64,000 bases of DNA from Arcobacteraceae bacterium (GTDB lineage Bacteria > Campylobacterota > Campylobacteria > Campylobacterales > Arcobacteraceae), in the NCBI GenBank assembly GCA_048268245.1, contig JBLWVX010000004.1, forward strand, positions 64,001-128,000, read 5' to 3'. The notes under the pieces are model-generated. The model was not told where the DNA came from. It ran no database searches and was given only the letters and a program-made list of their open reading frames with translations. Shown here piece by piece: positions 33,350 through 43,859 of the stretch; positions within the stretch are counted from its first letter, which is position 1, and every line of letters starts with the position of its first letter. Position numbers and translations under genes: made by a program.

Positions 33350-34345
33350 CTAGATAAACTCTACACCTTTTTCACCCTCTGCTATTTCACCAATTACATA
33401 ACCATCAGTGTTTGCTAAAACAGCATCTACATTTGCAGGATTTACTACAAGAACCATACCAACACCCATGTTGAATGTTCTGTACATTTCTTCTAACTCT
33501 ACATGCTCACTCATAAATTCAAAGATTGGCAATACTTTGATTGAGTCTCTTTTTACAACAGCTTTTAAGTTATCAGGTAAAACTCTTGGTAAATTTTCAG
33601 TAATACCACCACCTGTGATATGTGCTAAAGCATTGATATTTTCTTTGTTTGCTTTAAACTCTTTTACATAAATTCTAGTTGGCTCTAATAAAACATCTTT
33701 TAAAGGCTTTCCTTGGAAGTCATCATCTAAAGTCATTCCTAATTTTTCTAATAATAGTTTTCTAACTAGAGAGAAACCATTTGAATGAACACCTGAAGAT
33801 GGTAATGCGATTAATGTATCTCCAACAGCAATTTTTTCAATTCTATTTAACTCTTCTTTTTCTGCAATACCTACACAAAAACCAGCTAAATCAAAATCAC
33901 CTTCTTTGTACATACCTGGCATTTCAGCAGTCTCACCACCAACTAGGGCACACTCAGATCTAATACAACCCTCTGCAATACCTTTTACAACATCAGTAGC
34001 TTCTTCAACTTCTAATTTTGCAGTTGCATAGTAGTCTAAGAAGAATAATGGCTCTCCAAAGTTACAAAGTAAATCGTTTGTACACATTGCAACTAAGTCA
34101 ATTCCAACTGTATCAAATTTCTTTGCATCAATTGCTAACTTTAATTTTGTTCCAACACCATCTGTTCCTGATAGAATTACTGGTTGTTTATATCCAGTTG
34201 GAAGCTCAAAAGCTCCTGCGAATGATCCAATACCACCTAATACACCTGGAATCATAGTTGATTTAACATGTGGTTTAATGTTTTCTACAAACTGATTTCC
34301 AGCATCAATATCTACACCAGCATCTTTGTAACTAACTGTTGCCAT
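33350..34345 (-). CDS. purM: Phosphoribosylformylglycinamidine cyclo-ligase
   Basis: [42 protein letters not shown]. Confidence 0.98.
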   Translation of the reverse strand: MATVSYKDAGVDIDAGNQFVENIKPHVKSTMIPGVLGGIGSFAGAFELPTGYKQPVILSGTDGVGTKLKLAIDAKKFDTVGIDLVAMCTNDLLCNFGEPLFFLDYYATAKLEVEEATDVVKGIAEGCIRSECALVGGETAEMPGMYKEGDFDLAGFCVGIAEKEELNRIEKIAVGDTLIALPSSGVHSNGFSLVRKLLLEKLGMTLDDDFQGKPLKDVLLEPTRIYVKEFKANKENINALAHITGGGITENLPRVLPDNLKAVVKRDSIKVLPIFEFMSEHVELEEMYRTFNMGVGMVLVVNPANVDAVLANTDGYVIGEIAEGEKGVEFI

Positions 34346-34443
34346 TTTTCACCTTTTTTTTACGAGTTTTCTAATATCTAACTTAGTTTAAAATTTTTTT
34401 GGTATTATAACGAAATGTTTATAAATATTAAGGATTATATACA

Positions 34444-34989
34444 ATGAATAATAACGCATTTAATGAAATGATGGTGCACGTGCCATTATGTACGCATAAA
34501 GAAGCTTCAAATGTATTAATTATCGGTAGTGCAGATGAAGAATTAAAAGAACAGGCAGCTAAACATAATAAAGTTTCAAACATTGAGTTTGGAGATAAAT
34601 CACTTTTAACATCTAAAAATGAAAAAGATATTGATGTAATTATTTTAACAGATGTTGAAATTGATGAATTATTATTAGCAAATATTGAAAGAGTTTTAAA
34701 AGATGATGGTTTAATCACTTTTGCAACTGAATCTTTCTCTAAAAATGAAGAAAAATTAAAAGCTGATTTAACATTAGTAGGTGAGAAATTCTGGATTGCT
34801 ATGCCATTTAGATTTGGACACCAAACATCTATTTTAGCTTCTAAAAGATACCACCCAACAGCTGACGTTGTATTACAAAGATCTGATTTATTAGATGATT
34901 TACAATACTACTCAACAGAAATTCACAGTGCAGTTTTTGTATTCCCAAAAGCCGAACATGTGGCACTTACAGGTATCGCTAAAAGATAA
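34444..34989 (+). CDS. Short, degenerate spermidine-synthase-like protein
   Basis: EMMVHVPLCTH...VLIIG and LQYYSTEIHSAVFVFP; upstream of coaE. Confidence 0.75.
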   Translation: MNNNAFNEMMVHVPLCTHKEASNVLIIGSADEELKEQAAKHNKVSNIEFGDKSLLTSKNEKDIDVIILTDVEIDELLLANIERVLKDDGLITFATESFSKNEEKLKADLTLVGEKFWIAMPFRFGHQTSILASKRYHPTADVVLQRSDLLDDLQYYSTEIHSAVFVFPKAEHVALTGIAKR

Positions 34990-35039
34990 AATCTTACATT
35001 AAATTTTAAATAAATCATTATTATTGTAGAATCTTTTCT

Positions 35040-35633
35040 ATGAATAGTGATTTATTTAAAAATGCAATAGCCTTAACAGGCGGAATTTCCACAGGAAAAA
35101 GTACAGTTTGTAACCTTTTTAAACTACATGGTTTCTTAATTATTGATGCAGATAAAATAGCTCATAAACTCTTAGATGAGAATAGTGCTAAAATTGCAGA
35201 GATGTTTGGTGCTCAATATGTAGATACTAATGGTAAAGTAATTAGAAAAGAGTTAGGTAAAATCATCTTCTCCAATGAAGAGAATAAACTAAGACTTGAA
35301 GCCTTACTACATCCACTTATAAAAGAAGAAATTATAAAACAATCGAGACTTTTTGAGAGTCAAAATAAACCATACTTTATTGATATCCCCCTATTTTTTG
35401 AAAAAATGCATTATCCAATCCCCAGATCTTTAGTTGTTTATACTCCAAGAGATATTCAAATTCAAAGATTAATGAAAAGAGATAATATCAATGAAGAAGA
35501 AGCTATATTAAAAATCTCAAACCAATGGGATATAGAAAAGAAAAAAGATTTAGCCCATATGGTAATAGATAACTCAAAAGATTTAAAAAACCTTCAAAGT
35601 GAGGTTGAAAGAATAATGGAGGAGATAATATGA
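35040..35633 (+). CDS. coaE: Dephospho-CoA kinase
   Basis: LTGGISTGKST, IDADKIAH, LLHPLI, DIPLFFE. Confidence 0.95.
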   Translation: MNSDLFKNAIALTGGISTGKSTVCNLFKLHGFLIIDADKIAHKLLDENSAKIAEMFGAQYVDTNGKVIRKELGKIIFSNEENKLRLEALLHPLIKEEIIKQSRLFESQNKPYFIDIPLFFEKMHYPIPRSLVVYTPRDIQIQRLMKRDNINEEEAILKISNQWDIEKKKDLAHMVIDNSKDLKNLQSEVERIMEEII

Positions 35634-36370
35634 CATATGCAAAATATAGTGCAAGTGGAAATGACTTTGTAATTTTTCACACTTTTGTAGAAAAAGATTA
35701 CTCACAAGAAGCTATAAAATACTGTAATAGAAATGAAGGAATTGGAGCAGATGGTTTTGTGGCACTTGTTCCAAGTAATGAGGCTGATTTCAAATGGCTT
35801 TTTTACAATAGTGATGGAAGTGAAGCTAGCATGTGTGGAAATGCCACAAGAGCAGTTGCACACTATGCTTATAATAATGGTTTAGCTAACTCAGCAATGA
35901 AGTTTTTAACTCAAGCTGGATTAATAGAGTCAAGTGTTGAAGATAATATTGTTGAAACACAAATGACAAAACCTATTGTTATAAAAGAGCCATTTGAACA
36001 AGAAGGTCTTACATGGTACCTAATTGATACAGGGGTTCCTCATCTAGTAACGTTAACTGATAACTTAGAAAATTATGACCATGATTTATGTGCAAAAATG
36101 AGATATGAACATAATGCAAATGTTAATTTTGCAAAAGTTGAAGAAAATGGAACTTTAAAAGTTAGAACCTATGAAAGAGGTGTTGAAGGTGAAACACTTG
36201 CCTGTGGGACTGGTATGGTAGCGTGTTTTTTAAGAGCTAATGACTTAGGGTTAGTAAAAGAAAAAGCTTTTGTTTATCCAAAAAGTAATGAAGAACTTAC
36301 AATATCTAAAATAGATGATAAAATCTATTTTAAAGGTACTGTAAAAAAAGTATTCACAACTACAATTTAA
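35630..36370 (+). CDS. dapF: Diaminopimelate epimerase
   Basis: GNDF, NSDGSEASMCGNATR, YERGVEGETLACGTG. Confidence 0.96.
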   Translation: MTYAKYSASGNDFVIFHTFVEKDYSQEAIKYCNRNEGIGADGFVALVPSNEADFKWLFYNSDGSEASMCGNATRAVAHYAYNNGLANSAMKFLTQAGLIESSVEDNIVETQMTKPIVIKEPFEQEGLTWYLIDTGVPHLVTLTDNLENYDHDLCAKMRYEHNANVNFAKVEENGTLKVRTYERGVEGETLACGTGMVACFLRANDLGLVKEKAFVYPKSNEELTISKIDDKIYFKGTVKKVFTTTI

Positions 36371-36373
36371 TAT

Positions 36374-37123
36374 ATGAAAAAAACTAATATAAAAAAGCTA
36401 CTACTAACTTTTAGTCTGGTAACCACTACTATTTTAAGTGGTGCCTTGCCAGAAGAGTACTATAAGATAAATGCTACAAAAGAATCAAAGAAATACTTTT
36501 TTGAATACTTTTATAAACTAATTGAGAATGAAAATATTAAAATTCTTAGTGAACGAAAGTTTGTAAAAAGCTATTTAAACTCAAATATTTTAGCTATAAA
36601 CCCAACATCAGCGTCATTTAAAAAACTTCTTCAAATAAAAAGAAAATATAGAATTAAAAAGATTTATTCTCTTGATAAATATCTTAGAAAGATTGATATT
36701 GTACCTCCATCAATGGCCTTAGCACAAGCTGCTGTTGAGAGTGGTTGGGGAAGAAGTAGGTTTATAAAAGAAGCAAATAATGTTTTTGGACATTGGACAT
36801 ATAATCCAAAAATTGGAATGATGCCACTTCATAGAGATGAAGGAGCTAAGCACTTTATTAGAATTTTTAATACAGTTCAAGACTCAATTAGTGCCTATAT
36901 GTTAAATCTAAACAGAAACAGAGCTTATAAAGAGTTTCAAAATAAAAGATATGAGCAAAGACAACAAGGATTGATTCCTCAAGGAGAAGAATTATCACAA
37001 ACTATGCTTAATTACTCTGGTATTGGACATAACTATTTAGAGATTTTAAATAGTGTCATTAGTAAAAATAACTTAATTAAATTTGATGAAAAATTTTACA
37101 ATAAAATAAAGGAAGAAAAATGA
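36374..37123 (+). CDS. Bax-like glucosaminidase (GH73) domain protein
   Basis: [26 protein letters not shown]. Confidence 0.85.
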   Translation: MKKTNIKKLLLTFSLVTTTILSGALPEEYYKINATKESKKYFFEYFYKLIENENIKILSERKFVKSYLNSNILAINPTSASFKKLLQIKRKYRIKKIYSLDKYLRKIDIVPPSMALAQAAVESGWGRSRFIKEANNVFGHWTYNPKIGMMPLHRDEGAKHFIRIFNTVQDSISAYMLNLNRNRAYKEFQNKRYEQRQQGLIPQGEELSQTMLNYSGIGHNYLEILNSVISKNNLIKFDEKFYNKIKEEK

Positions 37124-38289
37124 TATTTACAGCACCTCTTAAATCGGATTCTATAAAAATGATGCTACTTGGTAGTGGAGAATTAGGTAAAGAAGTAGTA
37201 ATTGAAGCACAAAGATTAGGAATTGAAACAATTGCAGTTGACTCATACAATAACGCTCCAGCTCAACTTGTTGCAAATAAAGCATATACAATAAATATGA
37301 AAAACAAAAGTGAAGTATTAGATGTTATCAGAAGAGAAAAACCTGATTATATTTTACCTGAGGTTGAAGCTTTAAATATTGAAGCACTTTTTGAAGCTGA
37401 AAAAGAAGGATTTAATGTAATTCCAAATGCAGATGCAGTAAATAAAACTATGAACAGAAAAAACATTAGAGAGTTCGCTGCGGTTGATTTAGAGTTACCA
37501 ACTTCTAAATATGAATTTGTTACAACTTTTGAAGCATTAAAACAAGCAGCTAATAATATTGGGTTCCCTTGTGTTATTAAACCTGTAATGTCTTCATCTG
37601 GTCATGGTCAAAGTATCGCAAAGTCTTCTGATGATTTAGAGAACTCATGGGAATTAGCAAAAGAAGCTAGAGGTGATGCTAGTGAATTAATTGTTGAAGA
37701 GTTTATTACATTTGATTATGAAATTACTTTACTTACAGCAAGAAATGAAAACCAAACTGTATTTTGTGAGCCAATAGGTCATATCCAACAAGATGGTGAC
37801 TATATCTTCTCATGGCAACCAATGAACATGAGTGAAACTGCAAAAGAAAAATCAAAAGAAATTGCTAAAAAAATCACTAATGGTTTAGGTGGTAGAGGTA
37901 TTTTTGGTGTTGAGCTTTTTGTAAAAGGTGACGAAGTTTACTTCTCAGAAGTAAGTCCTAGACCACATGATACAGGTATGGTTACTATGATTACTCAAAG
38001 TGCTAGTGAATTTGCACTTCATGTAAGAGCTGTTTTAGGTCTTCCTTTAGATTATATTGATTATGGTTGTGGAGCTAGTGCTGCTTATAAAGCAAAAGGT
38101 GATAGCTTTAATCCAAAAGTTGATATTTTTGATTCATCATTTACAAAAGAATCAATTATTAGAGTATTTGGGAAACCTCAATCACATGAGGGAAGAAGAA
38201 TGGCAGTTGCACTTACATTTGATAAAGACTCTTCAGATAAAGCTTTACAAAAATCAAAAGAGATTATTGGAAACTTCCACGATAACTAG
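37120..38289 (+). CDS. purT: Formate-dependent GAR transformylase
   Basis: [32 protein letters not shown]. Confidence 0.97.
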   Translation: MIFTAPLKSDSIKMMLLGSGELGKEVVIEAQRLGIETIAVDSYNNAPAQLVANKAYTINMKNKSEVLDVIRREKPDYILPEVEALNIEALFEAEKEGFNVIPNADAVNKTMNRKNIREFAAVDLELPTSKYEFVTTFEALKQAANNIGFPCVIKPVMSSSGHGQSIAKSSDDLENSWELAKEARGDASELIVEEFITFDYEITLLTARNENQTVFCEPIGHIQQDGDYIFSWQPMNMSETAKEKSKEIAKKITNGLGGRGIFGVELFVKGDEVYFSEVSPRPHDTGMVTMITQSASEFALHVRAVLGLPLDYIDYGCGASAAYKAKGDSFNPKVDIFDSSFTKESIIRVFGKPQSHEGRRMAVALTFDKDSSDKALQKSKEIIGNFHDN

Positions 38290-38308
38290 AGGCGAAAGCT
38301 TTTAGTTA

Positions 38309-39415
38309 TTAGATTCTTAAATCAAAAATATACTGCATTCCACCTTTTTCATCTAATGTAGCAATATCAACAGTTCCACCTATCATCCTAGCTAGGTTTC
38401 TTGCTTCTACAATATAACTATTTGTAGAACCAGCTGTCCCTAAATACATCATGTGAATATTTTTTTCCTCAAAACCATTGTTTTTTACTATTAATTGAAT
38501 ACTATTTTTTGTCTGAATAATCTTTAATTCGATGAGTTTAGAAATTTTTCCTCTTTTTAACTCTTTTTTTATTAAGTCTAGACATGACTGCTCTATAAAA
38601 TTTACTATTATATTTTCTAAGTATGCAATACTTAAATCAACACTCTTTTTTAAAGTTTTTACTTGATTTTCATACTCTAAAGAGATTTTATATCTTACAT
38701 TATCATAAATATAGTTATCAATTCTTCTTTTTATAATCTCAACTGGACCATCAAATTTACTTAAAGACTTTGTCTCTTTATCAAAACTATCAAAGTTATC
38801 TAAAGTCTCTTCAAATCGTTTTAGTTCTTCATATTCTAGACTATAACTATCTATTAATTCAAATATAAATCTACTATTAATTAAATCATCCATTCCGAGT
38901 TTATTTAGATGTTTATTTAACGGTGTTGTATCAAACATAGAAATAAAGTATTTTAGAGTATAAATTTTATTTTTATAAACTGTTAAAGTATCTAAACTCT
39001 CAATTAACTCTTTTTTTTGAAGTCTTGGTAAATCCATTAAGTCTAAATCCATCATAAAAAGCTCATGGAAACTAGCATCATCATATATAAGATTTTTATC
39101 TAATTGTATATCTTTAAAACCATTTTGATCTAAAATACTTACAGTAGTATCTCTTATATCTTCTAAAACATCTGATAGATAATCTTTAATTCTATGTATA
39201 TGATTTAGAATTATTGTATGAACTTCATTATAATAATCCCTGTTTAACTTAGTCTTACCACTACTTTCAGTAGTAAACATATTATCAAATACAAAAAGGG
39301 ATGTGTATTCAGGCTTTATTTTTTCAAGTTCTTCTTTTATATTAACAATAGATGTCTTAATTGCCAGTTCAATTTCTTTTACTTGATTATTCAAAATATC
39401 AACCTTTATAAACAC
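38309..39415 (-). CDS. Hypothetical protein with a degenerate C-terminal HATPase (GHKL)-like domain
   Basis: GTG start overlapping the upstream gene; LENIIVNFIEQS...LIVKNNGF...ARNLARMIGGTVDI...GMQYIF. Confidence 0.6.
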   Translation of the reverse strand: MFIKVDILNNQVKEIELAIKTSIVNIKEELEKIKPEYTSLFVFDNMFTTESSGKTKLNRDYYNEVHTIILNHIHRIKDYLSDVLEDIRDTTVSILDQNGFKDIQLDKNLIYDDASFHELFMMDLDLMDLPRLQKKELIESLDTLTVYKNKIYTLKYFISMFDTTPLNKHLNKLGMDDLINSRFIFELIDSYSLEYEELKRFEETLDNFDSFDKETKSLSKFDGPVEIIKRRIDNYIYDNVRYKISLEYENQVKTLKKSVDLSIAYLENIIVNFIEQSCLDLIKKELKRGKISKLIELKIIQTKNSIQLIVKNNGFEEKNIHMMYLGTAGSTNSYIVEARNLARMIGGTVDIATLDEKGGMQYIFDLRI

Positions 39416-40395
39416 TCAGGACTTGAAGAGACAAACTTGTTTAATAAAATAATCCAATTATTTTTATCATCAACAGGCATAACATCTCCTGATTTCTTTT
39501 TATAAATCGTAGCTATTTGTGCCCATTCGCCTTGTTTTGATTTAATAGTAAATTCATCACCTTTTCTTAATACTCTTAAGATAGTAGCTTCTTCAAAAGT
39601 ATCATTTCTTACATTTAAACTACTAACTTCTACTTTATATAAACATTGATCTATATTTTTGATACTTTTTTTAACTACTGAAGCTTTTTGAAATATCTCT
39701 TTTATACTTTTGTCTTCACTATTAGCTACTTTTTTAATAGTCTGTTTTTCTTCTTTCTTTTTAATTTCTTTAGTTTTTTCTTCTTTTTTAAGATCACTTA
39801 CAGAAATACCATAGTTACTTAATACAATATAGTATCCAAATTCATCATCAAGTTTTTTATATAATTTTACAGTTTTTGTTTGAGTATTAATAGCTACTAT
39901 TTTATGAGTTAATATATCATCACCTACTTTATATCGACCCTCAATATTTAAACTTTGTTCACTGTTATCACTACTAGTTTGTTTATCAAGTTTTAGCACA
40001 ACAAAATTTCTACCATTAAAAGAGTACATACTTTTAATTCTAATATCTTTTAAGTTCTTTGTTCTTGTAAAGTCTGTAGTAAGTCTAGCAATTTCATTTT
40101 CATGTTTAAATACATTTTTAGCATAATCTTCGTTTGATTGAATCACTTGATTAGAAATTGTCCCTCTAGATACTGTTCCTGGAACTTGCGTAACTATTCT
40201 TTGTTTTTGTTTTTGCTGTATGTTTGATATTTGCTCTTCTAAATAGTCTTTTTCTAATCCTGTAATAGCATTAAAAAACTCTTTTGATTGTTTATCTAAA
40301 ACATCAAGTTTATCGATATCATCCATACTTTTTTCTTGTGCATTAAGACTTATAAATCCTATAAATACTAAAGCAAATAATATACTTTTTTTCAT
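39406..40395 (-). CDS. Exported protein with C-terminal SH3b domain (possible PilP-like component)
   Basis: Start moved to MKKS at 40395 (AAGGGA RBS; signal ending LNA|Q); VEVSSLNVR...LRKGDEF...GEW. Confidence 0.65.
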   Translation of the reverse strand: MKKSILFALVFIGFISLNAQEKSMDDIDKLDVLDKQSKEFFNAITGLEKDYLEEQISNIQQKQKQRIVTQVPGTVSRGTISNQVIQSNEDYAKNVFKHENEIARLTTDFTRTKNLKDIRIKSMYSFNGRNFVVLKLDKQTSSDNSEQSLNIEGRYKVGDDILTHKIVAINTQTKTVKLYKKLDDEFGYYIVLSNYGISVSDLKKEEKTKEIKKKEEKQTIKKVANSEDKSIKEIFQKASVVKKSIKNIDQCLYKVEVSSLNVRNDTFEEATILRVLRKGDEFTIKSKQGEWAQIATIYKKKSGDVMPVDDKNNWIILLNKFVSSSPECL

Positions 40396-40414
40396 TTTTT
40401 CCCTTTTCAAACTC

Positions 40415-42622
40415 TTACTTAAACTCAAACTCATAATTAAATCCACCTATGTATGTGGGATATTTCATAAAAAATGCCCCTGATTTACCATCACTATTAG
40501 TAGTACTCCAATCATCTCCTGAAGTCATATTTGTTAAATAGCCAGCATATCCACCCTCAGCTACTATATAGTCTTTATCTAAATCATATAAATTTGTATT
40601 AAATACTGGTAACATATAAGTATTTCCTGCATATGATGTATTATTATTACCATTTCTATAATAAGACATTATACCCCAACAATACATTTGATTATAAATA
40701 TCTATCCCACACATACCATTATCATCTTCAATAACTTTTATTTTCTTCCATTTTATTTTAGCAATTGAGGCTTTAAAAAAATCATCATTTACATTTGATG
40801 CTGTAAAATAGTCACCTTTTAATTCATTTTTTGAATTTACCCAAACCACTCCACTATTTTCTTGTAATGAGTCTGAAACTAGTTTACTTGATATATCTAC
40901 ATCTAAAATTTCAGCATCATTATTTGAATCATAATTAGAATAAGTATTTATTATACTATTTATTGCTACTACATTTGGAGTATACCCCCATGTTTGAGAT
41001 ATTTTATAATATTGGCCATTTTCACCTAATGCGATAATAGATTGTAACCCACCTTTAATTTTTTTAAAAGATACTGGTGAATTTACTTTTGTTGGGATAC
41101 ATAAATTTACTGTTACATATGAACTACCATTATAAAGACTTTGATTACATGAACTATTATAATAAGTATCTAAACCCCAAAGATATAACTCACCTTGATT
41201 TGACAAAGCTGCAGTTTTTCTATATCCAATAGTCAATGTATATGTAATATCTTTAAAGTACTCTTTTATCCCATTATCATTTACTACTAATTCTGTTGGA
41301 TTACCTTTATTTGTATATTTCCAAAAGCTATTAGAACTATTACCTGAAAAACCTGCATAATCATCACCCCAACGAAAGAGTTCACCGTTTTTTAGATTTC
41401 CTTCACTATCTCTTGTAGCATTTGCTAAAATTAACCAAATTTGATTATTTGCAAATATTTTATTTGCTTTTTTACCACTAGAGCCATCAAAATACTTCCC
41501 TCTATAAAGTCTTTCACCTTCATTTGAACTATCAACATTAGTATATATACTAGTTGTGTCAAGTGCTTCTTTCCCTCCACAATATATCTCACCTTTATTG
41601 CTAATCCCACATGTACCATGATATACTGTGCTAAAAAAATCTATAAAATAAGGTCTTAAAGGAGAAGAATAGTATCTTTTGCCATCAATAAAAGAATTTT
41701 CATAATTCTTAGCTTTTAAACGAACTAATGTATTTACTACAGGATACCTATAATAATTACTGCTATTTCTATCAGTTGAATAATAAGTGCTTTCATTTAT
41801 TCCTGTAATATTATTTATATTATTTCCCCAAGTATAAATATCACCATTTATAAGAACACCACCTGCTCTTCTTGTGAACTGAATAACAGCCTTTCCTATA
41901 TCACTTTCTGCTTCTCCAACTTTTGCATAACCTATTTCTTCGCCTAAATTTACATATTCACCAACTGTTGTTGCACCTAAAGACAAAGTTTTTTGTCCTG
42001 CATGTAGTACATCTTTATTTAAGTTATTAAAAAAGTTTATATACGTGCTACCTCCTGGTTCACCAAGACTAATATCAACTAAAAGTTTATCTCCTGAAAG
42101 AGAAAATTTATAATTTGAACTTGAATCAAACCAATGAAGAACACCTTGTGTGTCTAAATAATATTTATCTGATGGTGTAGAGTTTGTTGTAGTAATATCA
42201 GCTTGATATTTTATCTTATACTTTTCATCAGCATTAAGAATAATAGTTACTTTATCATTTTCATAACTTATAGGTGCTTTTGTATATTCTCTATTTATAT
42301 TTGAATAGTAATAGTCATATAGATTCGTTTTATCTTTTATGTCAATTGGTATTTTTGTATTGATATTATGATTAGTTGTGTCAATAACTATAGAAATATT
42401 AAATAAATTATAAATATTAAACCCAGCAGGTAAATAACTGTTATTAATTAGATCTGTAAGAGAAGGAGCTTTTGCATACCTTGATATATACTCTTTATAT
42501 GCTTTTGCTATTTGCTCTTCTTTTTGAACTAATCTTTTCACTTTTTCAAAAGTAATAGTATCAATGTAAGTTGAAGCATTTAAAAAAACAATTGTAAAAA
42601 AGATTATAAATATTTTTTTCAC
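40415..42622 (-). CDS. Secreted protein: pilin/PilV-like N-domain plus RCC1-like repeats (putative adhesin), 735 aa
   Basis: Signal ending LNA|S; QKEEQIAKAY...LTDLINNSYLPAGF; NGDIYTWG, KGEIYCGG, GELFRWG, GELYLWG, NQMYCWG. Confidence 0.65.
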   Translation of the reverse strand: MKKIFIIFFTIVFLNASTYIDTITFEKVKRLVQKEEQIAKAYKEYISRYAKAPSLTDLINNSYLPAGFNIYNLFNISIVIDTTNHNINTKIPIDIKDKTNLYDYYYSNINREYTKAPISYENDKVTIILNADEKYKIKYQADITTTNSTPSDKYYLDTQGVLHWFDSSSNYKFSLSGDKLLVDISLGEPGGSTYINFFNNLNKDVLHAGQKTLSLGATTVGEYVNLGEEIGYAKVGEAESDIGKAVIQFTRRAGGVLINGDIYTWGNNINNITGINESTYYSTDRNSSNYYRYPVVNTLVRLKAKNYENSFIDGKRYYSSPLRPYFIDFFSTVYHGTCGISNKGEIYCGGKEALDTTSIYTNVDSSNEGERLYRGKYFDGSSGKKANKIFANNQIWLILANATRDSEGNLKNGELFRWGDDYAGFSGNSSNSFWKYTNKGNPTELVVNDNGIKEYFKDITYTLTIGYRKTAALSNQGELYLWGLDTYYNSSCNQSLYNGSSYVTVNLCIPTKVNSPVSFKKIKGGLQSIIALGENGQYYKISQTWGYTPNVVAINSIINTYSNYDSNNDAEILDVDISSKLVSDSLQENSGVVWVNSKNELKGDYFTASNVNDDFFKASIAKIKWKKIKVIEDDNGMCGIDIYNQMYCWGIMSYYRNGNNNTSYAGNTYMLPVFNTNLYDLDKDYIVAEGGYAGYLTNMTSGDDWSTTNSDGKSGAFFMKYPTYIGGFNYEFEFK

Positions 42623-43113
42623 TTTTTCATATCCCTTGGTTTAGAAATATAATCTACAAAATATAGAGTTTCATTTGTATCACTTTTTCTAATTTCACCT
42701 AAATAAGAAAGTATACCTTCTCCTGCAAGAACTCCTTTTTCGGTACTTGCTGTAAGTTGTGCAATTATAATATGTCTATCTACACACATCTCTTTAGCAT
42801 CTAGATATTTTAAATTATAATCAAAAACAGACATTCTTTTAAAAATCTCACTTACTTTATCTTTAATTTCATCTTTTTTTATATAACTATCTTTTACTTC
42901 TTGGCTCTTTTGTTTTACTTTATTTACTTCTAACTTAAGTTTTGAGTATTCTATTTTTTTATTTTTTAACTCTTGAGCTAAAAACTCTTTTTCCTTTTGT
43001 GTTTGATAGTATGTAGCTGCTTTTAAAACTGTAAAACCTATTACATAAAACACTAATAATAAAATAGAAACCTTAGAAAATTTTTTTAACTTATTTGCAT
43101 TAATACTAATCAT
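42619..43113 (-). CDS. Bitopic membrane protein, possible PilO/GspM-like alignment subunit
   Basis: N-terminal TM, coiled coil and small globular domain; position in the locus. Confidence 0.5.
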   Translation of the reverse strand: MISINANKLKKFSKVSILLLVFYVIGFTVLKAATYYQTQKEKEFLAQELKNKKIEYSKLKLEVNKVKQKSQEVKDSYIKKDEIKDKVSEIFKRMSVFDYNLKYLDAKEMCVDRHIIIAQLTASTEKGVLAGEGILSYLGEIRKSDTNETLYFVDYISKPRDMKK

Positions 43114-43859
43114 TTTACAGCTCCATTACTAATACATTGAGTAAGCTCTTTATGTTTTCTTCTTGCTGTACGAAGCAATATTTTTTCACGAACAACTAAT
43201 CTTTTTTGTATTCTTATTTCATTTTTAATTTTCTTTAAAGAACTTGTTTCAATATATTTTTTCTCAATACTAGGTAATATATAAAAGATAATTACAGCAA
43301 TCATAGATATAAGTCCTATAATATATGCACTTTTCAAACTATATGTGTTTATTGTATCTAAAGGATTTAATTTTTCAACAAGAGTATTCACATCACCTAA
43401 ACTCTCTGCAATTACTTCACCCTTTTCATTTTTAGTATTTTGTTTTAAAATATTCTCAATAGCTGCATTATATTTAGTATTTGTCACATAATAAATATGT
43501 TCAATTTCCCCACCACTTGAAAGCATTGCAATATGCTTTGTAATTAAAACTGACTTCATAATATCATCAGAAATAAAGTTTGGATTTACCTTTGCAGTAT
43601 AAACAGTTTTATGATTAAATAAAATATAATACTCTTCATCTGCAATATGAACCAATAATTGATTATTATCTAAATGCTTTTTTGACAGTAAATTTAATGA
43701 ATAAACTTCATCATGAATATCATATTTTGATAAAATAACGCTATGTTTTTTTAAAGAGTCATATGTAAACATCGTTTGATTATCACCAAACTCATCATTT
43801 ACATATAAGTCATAGTTCTCTTCTTTTAAAGAAAAGTCAGTTATTACTAATCGAACCAT
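43110..43859 (-). CDS. Membrane protein, possible GspL/BfpC-like alignment subunit
   Basis: About 170-aa soluble domain, then TM, then coiled coil; overlaps the ATPase stop. Confidence 0.5.
   Translation of the reverse strand: MVRLVITDFSLKEENYDLYVNDEFGDNQTMFTYDSLKKHSVILSKYDIHDEVYSLNLLSKKHLDNNQLLVHIADEEYYILFNHKTVYTAKVNPNFISDDIMKSVLITKHIAMLSSGGEIEHIYYVTNTKYNAAIENILKQNTKNEKGEVIAESLGDVNTLVEKLNPLDTINTYSLKSAYIIGLISMIAVIIFYILPSIEKKYIETSSLKKIKNEIRIQKRLVVREKILLRTARRKHKELTQCISNGAVK

Noticed and set aside
40396..40446. Longer start for ORF 39406-40446
   Set aside because: Overlaps the upstream gene; the RBS and signal peptide fit the ATG at 40395.
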